Assembly (NCBI GenBank): GCA_051251855.1
Contig: JBPOGI010000001.1
Span: 1,728,001 to 1,792,000 of the forward strand
Length of the DNA stretch: 64,000 nucleotides
DNA from: Roseibacillus sp.
GTDB lineage: Bacteria > Verrucomicrobiota > Verrucomicrobiia > Verrucomicrobiales > Akkermansiaceae
Direction: 5' to 3'
Made by a program: the position numbers and the translations under genes. Within the stretch, counting starts at the first letter, position 1; each line of letters begins with the position of its first letter. Below the pieces are notes generated by a model that was not told the DNA's origin, did no database searches, and saw only the letters and a program-made list of their open reading frames with translations. This document shows, piece after piece, positions 1-9,878 of this stretch.

Positions 1-1161
1 CCCTTCCAACCAACGACGTCCCGAAACCATTCGTAATCGTCCCTCTTTACCTAGTCGGAGCCCAAAAAAGGACATTCGGTCGTTACCGGCGGCTAGCCCC
101 CAACCCAATATCGGATTCGCTCGCCCACCTTTCGAAGTCTTAAACCAAAAAGAAACAGTACGCGCTTGTGAGCCTGAAATCCCAGGCCAGTTCGCACGGG
201 CATGGGTTTTCTTACCATCGAACAAAAGCCCCTTACCAAAGCGACCCTCGACCAACTGAGGACTATATGGATCGTCCATCACCAACTGAACACTATCTCG
301 ACTCGCAATCGAGCCAGAACAACGACCAGCTTCCTCGTTTTCTGTATCAAAGGACAACAATAGCGCCGGAATTCCGCTTCCTAAAGAAGAAGGAAACCGT
401 TCCTGATCGATAGGGATGGGAGTCATAAGCCCTTCCTCGGCTAAGACCATTGCTTGTCCTCCCTCCACTCTCGTTTCTTCACGGTTGCCGCTTCGCCCTT
501 GCCCAATCACCAGACCACTGAGAACGTGAACTTCCGGCGTCAGATTAGTAGCATCAACTCCGAAAGAGGTGCCTAGGTCAGTTAACTCGAGATCTCCGGA
601 TATTACTTGAAAACCTCGCGCCTGCTTTTCGACGTCGAAGCGAGCTCTCCCCCCCTTTAGGTGGACGAGTCCCTTTTTCTCGAGAGAAAGCTCAGCAGGA
701 GCCTCTATCAGACAACGCACTCCTTCGAAAAATTGAATCTCAACCGTGCCCTGCACGACTCGAAGGGTAGCCCCCTTCTCAAGTTGGCCCGCCTTACGAC
801 TGCCCTCCGCGGGTCCGCTCACCGCGATGAGGCCATGTGGAGAAACCGTCATCTCAGCTAAGATTGGTTGGCGTGATGGGCTCAAATGAAAGAACAAAGC
901 CAACCCGAAACTCAGCATCAACAAGGCGGCTGCAGCCAACATCCAACTTCGTTTCGACCGATGAGCCACTGGACCCATGCTCGCTAGCGGCACCGAAACC
1001 GAAACTTCACGCAGTGTTTGCTCAAAATCAGCCTCGTCACAGAAGCGCTTCAAGAGCTTATCATCGGAATGCAACAACTCCTTAAGCTCTTCGATTTCTC
1101 CTTCTTTCAGCGTTCCACTAAAATAGGCTGAAGCGAGTTCTTCTAAGCGTGCCATCATCAT
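1..1161 (-). CDS. FecR-like anti-sigma factor with C-terminal LamG-like domain (runs off the window start)
   Basis: Not in the ORF track because no stop lies in the window. Manual translation from ATG 1161 (ATGA overlap with the sigma stop) gives MMMARLEELASAYFSG..., a TM segment, FecR-like LIEAPAEL..DLGTSFGV..EVHVLSG, then LamG-like EGRFGKGLLFDG..RTVSFWFK. The frame is open to position 1. Confidence 0.85.
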   Translation of the reverse strand, partial: MMMARLEELASAYFSGTLKEGEIEELKELLHSDDKLLKRFCDEADFEQTLREVSVSVPLASMGPVAHRSKRSWMLAAAALLMLSFGLALFFHLSPSRQPILAEMTVSPHGLIAVSGPAEGSRKAGQLEKGATLRVVQGTVEIQFFEGVRCLIEAPAELSLEKKGLVHLKGGRARFDVEKQARGFQVISGDLELTDLGTSFGVDATNLTPEVHVLSGLVIGQGRSGNREETRVEGGQAMVLAEEGLMTPIPIDQERFPSSLGSGIPALLLSFDTENEEAGRCSGSIASRDSVQLVMDDPYSPQLVEGRFGKGLLFDGKKTHARANWPGISGSQARTVSFWFKTSKGGRANPILGWGLAAGNDRMSFFGLRLGKEGRLRMVSGRRWLEG

Positions 1162-1724
1162 TGATCCCTCCTCTGTTTGCGTTCAATGCACTGCCGCAAG
1201 GTAGCTCTTAGTCTATGGAAAGACACTCGCAAACCGCCCTCACTTCGCTCCCACTTAAGAGAGCACTCGATGAGTGACATTCCCAGCCCGTATCGGTCGT
1301 AAATGAGGGAGCGATTCTTCGCTGACAGCTCTTGTAAACAGTCGACCAAATCCTCCTCATGGTCCTGCCAATGACTCTCCGTGCGTTGAGAGAGCTCTTC
1401 CTCCACCAGAACAGCCAGCTCCGAATCAAACAGAAGCCAAGAACTCCGCTTCTTCTCTTTTAGATAGGCCAAAGATTCCCAGCGAGCGATTGAGAAGGCC
1501 CAAGCCTTAAAATTCGTTCCCAACTCAAACTTCTCTCGCTTGCGCCAAATCACCAGATTGACCCGCTGCAGGATATCCTCCACTTCTCCGCCAGTTGGGA
1601 CCAAACTCCTCAAAAAAGCCTGCAAACTCGATTGATGGCTCGCAATGAGAGCCATCACCTCCTCATCCCCTTCGCAGGAGGGATCCACACTTGTCGGATC
1701 CAGAACTTTTAAAGAACCGCTCAT
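1158..1724 (-). CDS. ECF sigma-70 factor (Planctomycetes/Verrucomicrobia type)
   Basis: EDILQRVNLVIWRK..F..GTNFKAWAFSIAR region 2 and C-terminal region 4 HTH; coupled to the FecR-like gene. Confidence 0.9.
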   Translation of the reverse strand: MSGSLKVLDPTSVDPSCEGDEEVMALIASHQSSLQAFLRSLVPTGGEVEDILQRVNLVIWRKREKFELGTNFKAWAFSIARWESLAYLKEKKRSSWLLFDSELAVLVEEELSQRTESHWQDHEEDLVDCLQELSAKNRSLIYDRYGLGMSLIECSLKWERSEGGLRVSFHRLRATLRQCIERKQRRDQ

Positions 1725-1891
1725 CTATCACCGTTCTACAGTAACTCACCCCACTCCGTTAGCATCAAAATGATGCGATACTCAGAATGCGGCGATAAAA
1801 CACTCTCGACCAGCGACGGCCTTCTCTTCACAGTGGTCGCGTTAAAGATAGTCCTCATCTGCACGATTTAAGGACCTAGCCACTCAAAGCC

Positions 1892-2902
1892 ATGCCACCC
1901 GATCGCCGCTCCTTCCTCAAGACACTCGCAGCCTCCGCCGTAGCGCTCCCCCATCTCAATGCGGAGGAGACTTCAGACAAACTCGGTAAAATCCTCCCCA
2001 CTCGACCTCTCGGACGCACCGGCGAATCCATCTCGGCCTTCTCGCTTGGCGGAGCACACGTCGTGCGCGCCGAAAACGAAGCCACCTCCGAGCAAATCAT
2101 CGAAACCGCTATCGAGTGCGGAGTCCGCTCCTTCGATCAGGCGCAAAAGTATGGCAACGGCGAATCCGAAGTTCTCTACGGGAAATACCTCACCCCCAAA
2201 TACCGGGACCACGTTTACCTGACAACCAAGACCCACGCCAAAACGAGCGCAACCGCTCGCAAGGAACTGGAGACCTCACTCCGTAGCATGAAAACGGACC
2301 ATCTCGACCTTTGGCAAATTCACTCCATCACCAGCGCCGCTGATGTCGACAGGCGATGGGAAGGTGGCGTCATCGACGAATTTCTTAAAGCCCGCGAGGA
2401 AGGTCTGGTGCGTCATATCGGTTTCACCGGTCATCGCTCGCCTTCTGCACACCTGCACCTCATCAAACGCCTCCGCGAAGCCAACCTCCTTTTCGACACC
2501 TGCCTCATGCCGATGAACCTAGTCGATCCGCATTGGGACTCATTCATCGTGCAGGTTCTCCCCGAGCTGCTCAAAGACAACTACGGCATCTTTGCGATGA
2601 AAACCCTCGCCCATGGCAACATGCTCGGCGCTGAGCCCAACAACAAAAAGACCCCTGACATCGAAGGAGTCGGCACCATCGTTGACTCTGGCCTCACGGT
2701 GAAGGACATGCATCACTACATTTACTCCCTCCCCATCACATCCCTCATCTCCGGTTGCCTCAAGCCCCATGAGGTCAAGGAGAACACCACGACCCTGCGC
2801 AATTACCGCAAACTCGATATCGAAGAGCGCGACAAGCTCCTCGCCCGCGCCAAACCCTTTGCGGGTAACCAAATGGAATATTACAAGGGCAAGCCCATCT
2901 AG
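1892..2902 (+). CDS. aldo/keto reductase, Tat-exported
   Basis: RRSFLK twin-arginine signal; LGRTG, FDQAQKYG, TK, SL..MKTDHLDLWQIH, IGFTGH motifs. Confidence 0.9.
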   Translation: MPPDRRSFLKTLAASAVALPHLNAEETSDKLGKILPTRPLGRTGESISAFSLGGAHVVRAENEATSEQIIETAIECGVRSFDQAQKYGNGESEVLYGKYLTPKYRDHVYLTTKTHAKTSATARKELETSLRSMKTDHLDLWQIHSITSAADVDRRWEGGVIDEFLKAREEGLVRHIGFTGHRSPSAHLHLIKRLREANLLFDTCLMPMNLVDPHWDSFIVQVLPELLKDNYGIFAMKTLAHGNMLGAEPNNKKTPDIEGVGTIVDSGLTVKDMHHYIYSLPITSLISGCLKPHEVKENTTTLRNYRKLDIEERDKLLARAKPFAGNQMEYYKGKPI

Positions 2903-3023
2903 TATTCCTGCTATTCAAAAACAAAAAATCGAGCTCAATTCTTCGGTAGATTCGGAAGAACAATTGAGCCGCGTCACCATCGACAGGCTTGCCTCTTAGC
3001 TATTTTTTCATTAATGTTTCTTA

Positions 3024-3545
3024 ATGAAAATAATTGCTCTCTTGCTCCTCACCAGCTTCGCCCTCATGAGCTGTGGTGGCTCCCAAAAGTGGGCCAAAGG
3101 TACCGTTGAGCACGAAAAAAAGTTCATGCGTTCGGTCAACCTCAAGCAAAACGGGGAAGCGCGCGCACCACTCTTTGCACCTAAGAAAGTCAAACTCGCG
3201 GTCGCAGCAGCCAACCGCCTCCTCGACAAGCCCTACAAATACGGCGGCGGGCATGCCGTGCTCAATGACTCGGGCTACGATTGTAGCGGCTCCACGAGCT
3301 ACGTCCTCCGTGAGGCCGGCCTCCTCCAAGGCCATCTCACTTCCAACGGATTCTTCAACTATGGAAAAAAGGGAAAGGGTGACTGGATCACAGTCTATGT
3401 CCGTCGGGGCCACGCCTTCATGGTGATTGGAGGTCTCCGCTTCGACACCGGCGGTAGTGGAGGCAATGGAGAAAGCGGCCCTCGCTGGAAACCTCAGCCT
3501 CGCAGAGTCGACGGCCACGCCATGCGCCATCCCCGCGGGCTATAA
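3024..3545 (+). CDS. NlpC/P60-like peptidoglycan endopeptidase lipoprotein
   Basis: Lipobox-like LMSC; PYKYGGGH, YDCSG and GHAFM catalytic motifs. Confidence 0.85.
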   Translation: MKIIALLLLTSFALMSCGGSQKWAKGTVEHEKKFMRSVNLKQNGEARAPLFAPKKVKLAVAAANRLLDKPYKYGGGHAVLNDSGYDCSGSTSYVLREAGLLQGHLTSNGFFNYGKKGKGDWITVYVRRGHAFMVIGGLRFDTGGSGGNGESGPRWKPQPRRVDGHAMRHPRGL

Positions 3546-3695
3546 ACGCCAAAAAGGGAAGGAAACCGAATCGTAGCGCGGGTTACCCTCTAAACAGGTA
3601 GGTGACAAGAGGTGAGTCTCGGTCAATACTTGGAGAGTAGATTTAGGAGAATTTATACCCCTGCTCCAGCTCTACCTCAAAAAAACCACCCCATT

Positions 3696-6491
3696 TTGAA
3701 CCAACTCTTACTTCTGTTTGCGAGCTTCTTGATGATGAGCATAGCTCTCTCTCAAGATAAGTCCGACGACCTCTTGCTCGTCTCTGTAGGGGAAAGCTCG
3801 AACCGTTATTCTGAAGTGGCGCTTCATCTGCAGGGACTCTTCGCTGGCACGCCTGGAATGAGCGAAGTTCAAATCGATATCCATGAGGACTCAAATATCG
3901 AATCTCTCGCCGATGGTTACTACGACAAGAACCCGGAGGACATCGCGCTGCGTGCCAAAGCCGCCGAAGGTTACGGCAACGTCATTCTCATTCCTACGAT
4001 CCACACCACTCCGACCGGCACCATCGAATACTCTGAGTTTGGTGGCGGGCCCGCCAACGTCTACGACGATGCTCCGCTCGACAACGAATACTTCGCCCCA
4101 GAGGTATTCTACGAAGGTTGCACCCAGCTTTCGAAAATCATTCTTAGCGGCGGCAGCAAGCCCATGGTTTTCCTCCCGCTGAATTCTGATGAAAATCTGT
4201 CAGACTACGGCCCCGTAATGTATCGCGTGGCTAATGGAGTCGGGATGGAACTCGTTCCTGGAGCCTATGCAGTCGATGCGGCAACCAGCCCCACTCAGGC
4301 CGAGCAGCACTACCTTTATGCCTGCACCCTCTTTTCTCATCTCACTGGTCTCAACGCTACGACCTCAAGTTACAGTCCTTCGGGCATCTCCAGTGAAGAC
4401 GCCACAACCTTCGCGAACACGGCCGAAACGGCTGTCACCCTCAATCGCACGACCTCTCACTATAGCACCAGTTACGAAAACGATGGCGCCGTTGTCTACC
4501 GAAGCCTCGATGTCACGAGCGCTCCCTTCAACAATACCGTTCGATACATGTATAAAGGCTCGAGCACACAAGACTGGACTTCGGACGCTCTCGACAAAAT
4601 TATCGGGAGCAACCCTCCCACAACTGTCGCAAGTCGCAAGCTAGGCACTCGAAACGGCGTTTACTCTCCAGGAGTGCGATATTGGCATCCCGACGACATT
4701 GCCGACCAAGGCTTCAAGTTTGCCTTGGAACCAAACCAAGCCGCCTTGATGTATGTCTCTGGGTCTTGGGCTGGAGCCGGAGCGCAAGAGACGATCGACA
4801 TGACTCAGGCAAACATGATCCCCTTTGCTTTCGACTGGATTAAGTCCTTCGCAATTTCCCCCGCGGTCAGTGGCACCGCCTCGACAGTCGACGCCCTCGA
4901 TTATCACAGTTGCGTGGAGCTCTACTTCAACTACGCCGAGCGAGGCTGGAAACTCATTCCCTTAACGATTGGGATGGGCCGTATCAATGAAGCAGTCCCC
5001 AACTTCGTTGCTTCCGACGATGCCCTACACTCGTCAGACCCACTCGTCTACATGAACGCTTACATGATGCTCAGCTCCGCACTGGGCACACAGTTCCCTC
5101 TCCCAGCCACCATTGACCCCGCCGACATCCATCGCGGCTCCTACACCACTGAGCAAATTCACGAGGCCTGCCTCATCGGCCACGAGCTCATCAAGGAACT
5201 CGCTCACCTTTCTGAGACAGGCGACTTCGTGCCCGACACCGATCTCGAAATTCTTACCGACGAACTGCCAGAGGTGCCACTCGACGTGCCCTTCACCCAT
5301 CAATTGTCCGCCAGCGGTGGAGACTCTCACTACACTTGGGCACTCGCGGCTGAGACCTCTCTCCCACTAGGGCTCACCTTATCTAACACCGGCCTCATCT
5401 CTGGCACTGTAACAGGAGGATACGGCACCAGTGGCGTAGCCTTCCAAATAGCCGATGGCACAGGAGCCTTTCGAAAAGTGGGCTTAAAGCTAGCCACCCC
5501 TTTCCCTGCTAGAGGCATCACCTCCAACGTCAACATCTTTGCCGCTGCGGACACCAACTACGGGACAGACACCGTGGCGACGATGTATTCTGCGATGCAA
5601 ACCGCCCCCGATGGCTTGGCGACCTTTCGCATCGCCATTAACATAGACCCGATGGCGGGAACCTCTATCACAAGCCAAGCTCAAGGTCTTTGGGGCATCA
5701 ATTCTGGCGAAGGTCCTAGTGGATGGTGGACCACCTTCGATGGCAGCCTTTCTCAATCAGTTGACTCCATCTCGAACATCCACATTACCGACTTCAATGC
5801 CAATGGAGGAAATCTCACCCTAAGCGATTTCACCGACCTCTCCTTCACTTCAATCACGGTGCGCAATGGAGCGAACACAGCCGACCGAGTGAAAGTCGTC
5901 GCGGAAGGATTGGCGAACAACCCGAACGGACTCAGAATGGCAAGCGACCCCGCAACAATCGATTTACTTACCGTTGCGGGGACTCGCCCCATTTCCAGCT
6001 TCACCATTGCTAACGGCAACATTGGCAACAGCAAGGACCGCTGGAACATCGAAAGTATCGCCGTCGAATTCACGGTTCAGTCAACCACTGTTGAAGACTA
6101 CGCATCTTGGGTGGCCAGCTATGGCCTTGCCGGCAACGACGCTTTACTGGATGCCGACACTGACGATGACAACTATGACAATCTCATCGAATACGCCCTC
6201 GGCATGAATCCGACGCAAGCGGATGCGAGTTCAAAAGAGACCTATTTCACTGAGGAAGATAATGGAGCCGTCTCCTTCGTTTATGAGTATGAGCGCCGCA
6301 CCGACTACTTTGAGCGAGGACTCAGCTACACCTTGATCGAAACTCAAGACTTAATCACTTCCGCGACCGGCGCCCCCACTCAGGTCACTGTTGGCGACCC
6401 AATCGACGGCTTCGAGACCGTCACCACTCACTACCTCATTGGCGACCCCATCAAATTCATTCAGCTAGAAGTCACACTGACTTCTCAGTAG
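3696..6491 (+). CDS. secreted protein: tandem SGNH-like domains, Ig-like domain and shared terminal module
   Basis: ORF 3612-6491; TTG at 3696 gives a signal peptide. GESS/GSS and DALH motifs; He_PIG-like LPLGLTLSNTGLISGT; C-terminal DTDDDNYDNLIEYALGMNP module. Confidence 0.7.
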   Translation: MNQLLLLFASFLMMSIALSQDKSDDLLLVSVGESSNRYSEVALHLQGLFAGTPGMSEVQIDIHEDSNIESLADGYYDKNPEDIALRAKAAEGYGNVILIPTIHTTPTGTIEYSEFGGGPANVYDDAPLDNEYFAPEVFYEGCTQLSKIILSGGSKPMVFLPLNSDENLSDYGPVMYRVANGVGMELVPGAYAVDAATSPTQAEQHYLYACTLFSHLTGLNATTSSYSPSGISSEDATTFANTAETAVTLNRTTSHYSTSYENDGAVVYRSLDVTSAPFNNTVRYMYKGSSTQDWTSDALDKIIGSNPPTTVASRKLGTRNGVYSPGVRYWHPDDIADQGFKFALEPNQAALMYVSGSWAGAGAQETIDMTQANMIPFAFDWIKSFAISPAVSGTASTVDALDYHSCVELYFNYAERGWKLIPLTIGMGRINEAVPNFVASDDALHSSDPLVYMNAYMMLSSALGTQFPLPATIDPADIHRGSYTTEQIHEACLIGHELIKELAHLSETGDFVPDTDLEILTDELPEVPLDVPFTHQLSASGGDSHYTWALAAETSLPLGLTLSNTGLISGTVTGGYGTSGVAFQIADGTGAFRKVGLKLATPFPARGITSNVNIFAAADTNYGTDTVATMYSAMQTAPDGLATFRIAINIDPMAGTSITSQAQGLWGINSGEGPSGWWTTFDGSLSQSVDSISNIHITDFNANGGNLTLSDFTDLSFTSITVRNGANTADRVKVVAEGLANNPNGLRMASDPATIDLLTVAGTRPISSFTIANGNIGNSKDRWNIESIAVEFTVQSTTVEDYASWVASYGLAGNDALLDADTDDDNYDNLIEYALGMNPTQADASSKETYFTEEDNGAVSFVYEYERRTDYFERGLSYTLIETQDLITSATGAPTQVTVGDPIDGFETVTTHYLIGDPIKFIQLEVTLTSQ

Positions 6492-6512
6492 AAAGGTTCC
6501 ATCAATTTTCAA

Positions 6513-7274
6513 ATGAAACATCAAATCACAATTGCGCTTTCTCTCCTCTTCGTTCAAATTAGCTCAATTCAAGCGGCTCCCGAACAAGGCTCAAGAGCTG
6601 AAAAAAGGAAACAAGACTGGAGCTTCACCCCGAATCCCGACCTTCCTAACGTTCTGATTCTCGGCGACTCAATCTCAATCGGCTACACCCTCCAAGTGCG
6701 GGAGCTTTTAAAGGACAAAGCGAACGTCTACCGCCCCACTGCAGCCAATGGTAAAAAGGCCATGAACTGCAGCGACACCATTTCTGGCCTCCGACGTCTT
6801 GACTCTTGGCTAGCCGGTCATGAGTGGTCAGTGATTCACTTCAACTGGGGTCTCCACGACCTCAAGCATGTCAAAGAGGCCGGTAAGCAGATCAACTCTT
6901 CAAATCCCAAAGACCCTCAACTCACCACGCCCGCCCAGTATGCTCAGAACATCAAAAGCATCGTCACCAAACTAGAGGCGACGGGAGCAAGATTGGTTTT
7001 TGCGACAACGACTCCGGTAACCCCTGGCACCACAAACCCACTAAGAACGCCCGAATCTCCTCAAGTTTACAACGAGGCAGCACTCAAGATTATGAAGGCC
7101 CACAACATTCGGGTTAACGATCTCCATTCTTACAGTGTGCCTCATTTGAAAGAATGGCAGTTACCAAAGAACGTGCACTTTCGTTCTGCTGGCTCTGCAG
7201 CCCTAGCGAAGCGAGTTGCCTCGGTCATCAGCGAAGAGCTCGCTGTAGCAAAAACTGTTGATACGTCACCTTAG
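6513..7274 (+). CDS. SGNH/GDSL hydrolase (probable carbohydrate acetylesterase)
   Basis: Signal peptide; GDSIS, FNWGLHD, NVHF blocks. Confidence 0.9.
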   Translation: MKHQITIALSLLFVQISSIQAAPEQGSRAEKRKQDWSFTPNPDLPNVLILGDSISIGYTLQVRELLKDKANVYRPTAANGKKAMNCSDTISGLRRLDSWLAGHEWSVIHFNWGLHDLKHVKEAGKQINSSNPKDPQLTTPAQYAQNIKSIVTKLEATGARLVFATTTPVTPGTTNPLRTPESPQVYNEAALKIMKAHNIRVNDLHSYSVPHLKEWQLPKNVHFRSAGSAALAKRVASVISEELAVAKTVDTSP

Positions 7275-7282
7275 ATTTCACT

Positions 7283-9850
7283 ATGAGCACCACCTTCGTT
7301 CGACTTGCCACCTGCCTACTTCTCACTGGAGGAGCACAAGGTCAAGGCAGTCAGTTGGGGTTGCGTGCGGATTGGCTGAGAGGCTCGTGGGGAGCCTTGT
7401 GGCTCCCTGAGAGAACTTACAATGGAAACATCGAAGGAGTCACTATTGATGCATTCCTTACTCAGATCGAGGAGCTAAAAACGATCGACTACGTCCAAGT
7501 CCCTCTTACGAGCCCTAATATTTTCTCCCCAGCGCACACCGGACCTCACCCTATCCTTCAAAGCCTTTGGCAAGGAGACACCGACGCCAATGGCGATCCT
7601 ATTAACTTGATCGTCCCCCGCACTTCCGCGCAGGATCCGTTATTAAGCTGGCTAGAAGCCCTCAACGCAGCGGGGCTCAAATCCGAAATCTACGTCAACT
7701 CTTACAATCTACTGGCTCGCATTCCTGCGAATATCCCAAGCGACTACCCTGACCTATCTGCTCGCTGGGAAAACTTTTGCGACACCAACCCTACCGTCCA
7801 AGCCTTCATCAGCAACCACCCACACCTCGCGCCTGAAGACCCCGAGAGGCGAAAATACATGTTCTGTTACGCGGAGTTCATCTTGAAGGAATATTCCCTC
7901 CGTTACGGGGACCTCATCGATGCATGGACTTTCGATTCAGCCGACAACATCATGGAAGACTGCGGCGACGATGCCGCGAGCGGCGTGCTAGATGACCAGC
8001 GAATTTACGAGGCTTTTGCTAACGCCTGCCATGCCGGAAATCCCAATGCGGCGATTTCCTTTAACAATAGTGTCGGCAACGATATAGCGCCATTCGCAAC
8101 CCCATCTCTCTTCGATGACTACACCTTTGGACATCCCTTTGGAGGAGCAGGCAACATGGTTGTCCCTGAGATTCTCTACACGAGAAATTTTGCGATTTGC
8201 GAGTATATGCAGGAACACAACGGTCTGCCTTTTGTCACCACTGATGACAGGCTTTGGAACGACAATGTCGTGGCCCACTTCTTTCCAAAGCAAAGCACCA
8301 CCTCTTGGAATGCGGGGTCTGCGCCCTGTCTTACCGATGCTCAATTCGTCGAGTGGACCGCGGAAGGAGTTCTCAACGGTGGAGCAATCACTTGGGGCAC
8401 GCCGCTCTTTAGGACAAACTTGGAGAACTCCCCTATTCTCACCCTCCGTGAGTATGCGCTCAACCAACTAGAATTGGTGGACGAACATTTCAGTGAACTC
8501 CAATTCCCTGATGTGCCGAACTGGCGAAGAGCGGAAACCCCTTTTCCTAAGGCCAATGGCCAAACACCCTATACCCACACCTTGACCGACGGTGTTGATT
8601 TTTGGGATCCCGCTGGAGGAAGTATCACTAGCCTGACAGCCATCGGTCAGCCGTCTTGGTTAACAGTGGCCGAAACGAGCCCTAGCTCAGGTGAGTGGAC
8701 TCTGAGTGGAACTCCAACGGAAACGATTACGAGTGAGCACTCTTTTGATCTAAAGATCATGATGGGAACCGTAGAATCAACGAGGACCGTTCAGCTCGTA
8801 GTAGAAGTTCCCGTCCCTCCTCCAGTGGGGCTCGTTGCCTATTGGAGATTGGATGAGGAGTTCGGCCTGACCGTGACAGATTTTTCGGGGAACGAGTTTC
8901 ATGGCTCCCCCGTCAACACTTCCTCGACTACTGGAGTGAGTGACGGTGCTTTAAATTTTAATGGCAGCAACTCCCGTATCTTAATTCCAGAAGCGACCTT
9001 CGCATCTATCAGCGACCAAATCACTCTCACGATGTGGATAAAAGGAGACTCCACGCAGCCATCCAACGACGCCATCTTTCAAGCACGTGACACCAATGGA
9101 GACCGCGCGATCAACATTCATCTTCCATGGAGTAATTCGACAGTCTTTTGGGATGCTGGAACCGGTGGCCAACCCTACGACCGCATTTCGAAAACTGCGC
9201 TCCCCTCAAACTTCAAGGAGCGATGGAATCACTGGTCCTTCACCAAGAATTCGACCAGCGGTGACATGAACATCTACCTTAACGGATCTCCTTGGCACAG
9301 TGGATCAGGAAAATTCAAGTCAATGTCAGGAGTTACCGAAGGAACTCTCGGGAGCGGAGTGAGTTCAGCTCGCTATGGCGGCATGGTGGACGAAGTCATG
9401 CTCTTCAACACCGCCCTCAACGATTCCGAAGTGAAGGAACTTTACGAGGGTTACCAAGGCTTTGAATCGTGGCTCACTCGACACCCCAGCTTGGAACAAG
9501 TGGAACTTCTCTTCGATGCTAATTCGGATGGCACCCCGTTGTTGCTTGAATATATTTTTGACGGAAACCCCTTCGTCTCAGACCCATTGATTCTTCCGTC
9601 AGCAGAAAGCTCTGACGAGAACTTCATCTTCAAATACACTCGGAGATCAGAATCAGCTAACGACACCGAACAAATCTTTCAACATAGCGCAAACCTCATC
9701 GATTGGACCGACATCCTCATCACCGGCCAACAAGCTGCAGAAGTCAGTATTGACGAGGAAGTCAATGATACCGAAGAAGTCACGATCACGATCAGTCAAG
9801 ACGTTGAAATTGGTGGACGACTATTTGGGCGACTGAAGGCGACTCGATAA
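7283..9850 (+). CDS. GH107 endo-fucanase (fucoidanase) with Ig-like, LamG and shared terminal module
   Basis: N-terminal ~400 aa closely resemble, from recall, Mariniflexile FcnA: GLRA.W.RG..G.LWLPERT.NGNIEG, YVQ.PLTSPNIFSP, DAW.FDSADN (nucleophile Asp), DDYTFGHPFGGAGN (acid/base His). Confidence 0.9.
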   Translation: MSTTFVRLATCLLLTGGAQGQGSQLGLRADWLRGSWGALWLPERTYNGNIEGVTIDAFLTQIEELKTIDYVQVPLTSPNIFSPAHTGPHPILQSLWQGDTDANGDPINLIVPRTSAQDPLLSWLEALNAAGLKSEIYVNSYNLLARIPANIPSDYPDLSARWENFCDTNPTVQAFISNHPHLAPEDPERRKYMFCYAEFILKEYSLRYGDLIDAWTFDSADNIMEDCGDDAASGVLDDQRIYEAFANACHAGNPNAAISFNNSVGNDIAPFATPSLFDDYTFGHPFGGAGNMVVPEILYTRNFAICEYMQEHNGLPFVTTDDRLWNDNVVAHFFPKQSTTSWNAGSAPCLTDAQFVEWTAEGVLNGGAITWGTPLFRTNLENSPILTLREYALNQLELVDEHFSELQFPDVPNWRRAETPFPKANGQTPYTHTLTDGVDFWDPAGGSITSLTAIGQPSWLTVAETSPSSGEWTLSGTPTETITSEHSFDLKIMMGTVESTRTVQLVVEVPVPPPVGLVAYWRLDEEFGLTVTDFSGNEFHGSPVNTSSTTGVSDGALNFNGSNSRILIPEATFASISDQITLTMWIKGDSTQPSNDAIFQARDTNGDRAINIHLPWSNSTVFWDAGTGGQPYDRISKTALPSNFKERWNHWSFTKNSTSGDMNIYLNGSPWHSGSGKFKSMSGVTEGTLGSGVSSARYGGMVDEVMLFNTALNDSEVKELYEGYQGFESWLTRHPSLEQVELLFDANSDGTPLLLEYIFDGNPFVSDPLILPSAESSDENFIFKYTRRSESANDTEQIFQHSANLIDWTDILITGQQAAEVSIDEEVNDTEEVTITISQDVEIGGRLFGRLKATR

Positions 9851-9878
9851 TAAGAGAACACAAAACCAACTTTAAAAG

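Noticed and set aside
168..1085. Short plus-strand ORFs at the window start
   Set aside because: They overlap the minus-strand FecR/LamG gene, which has recognisable domains.
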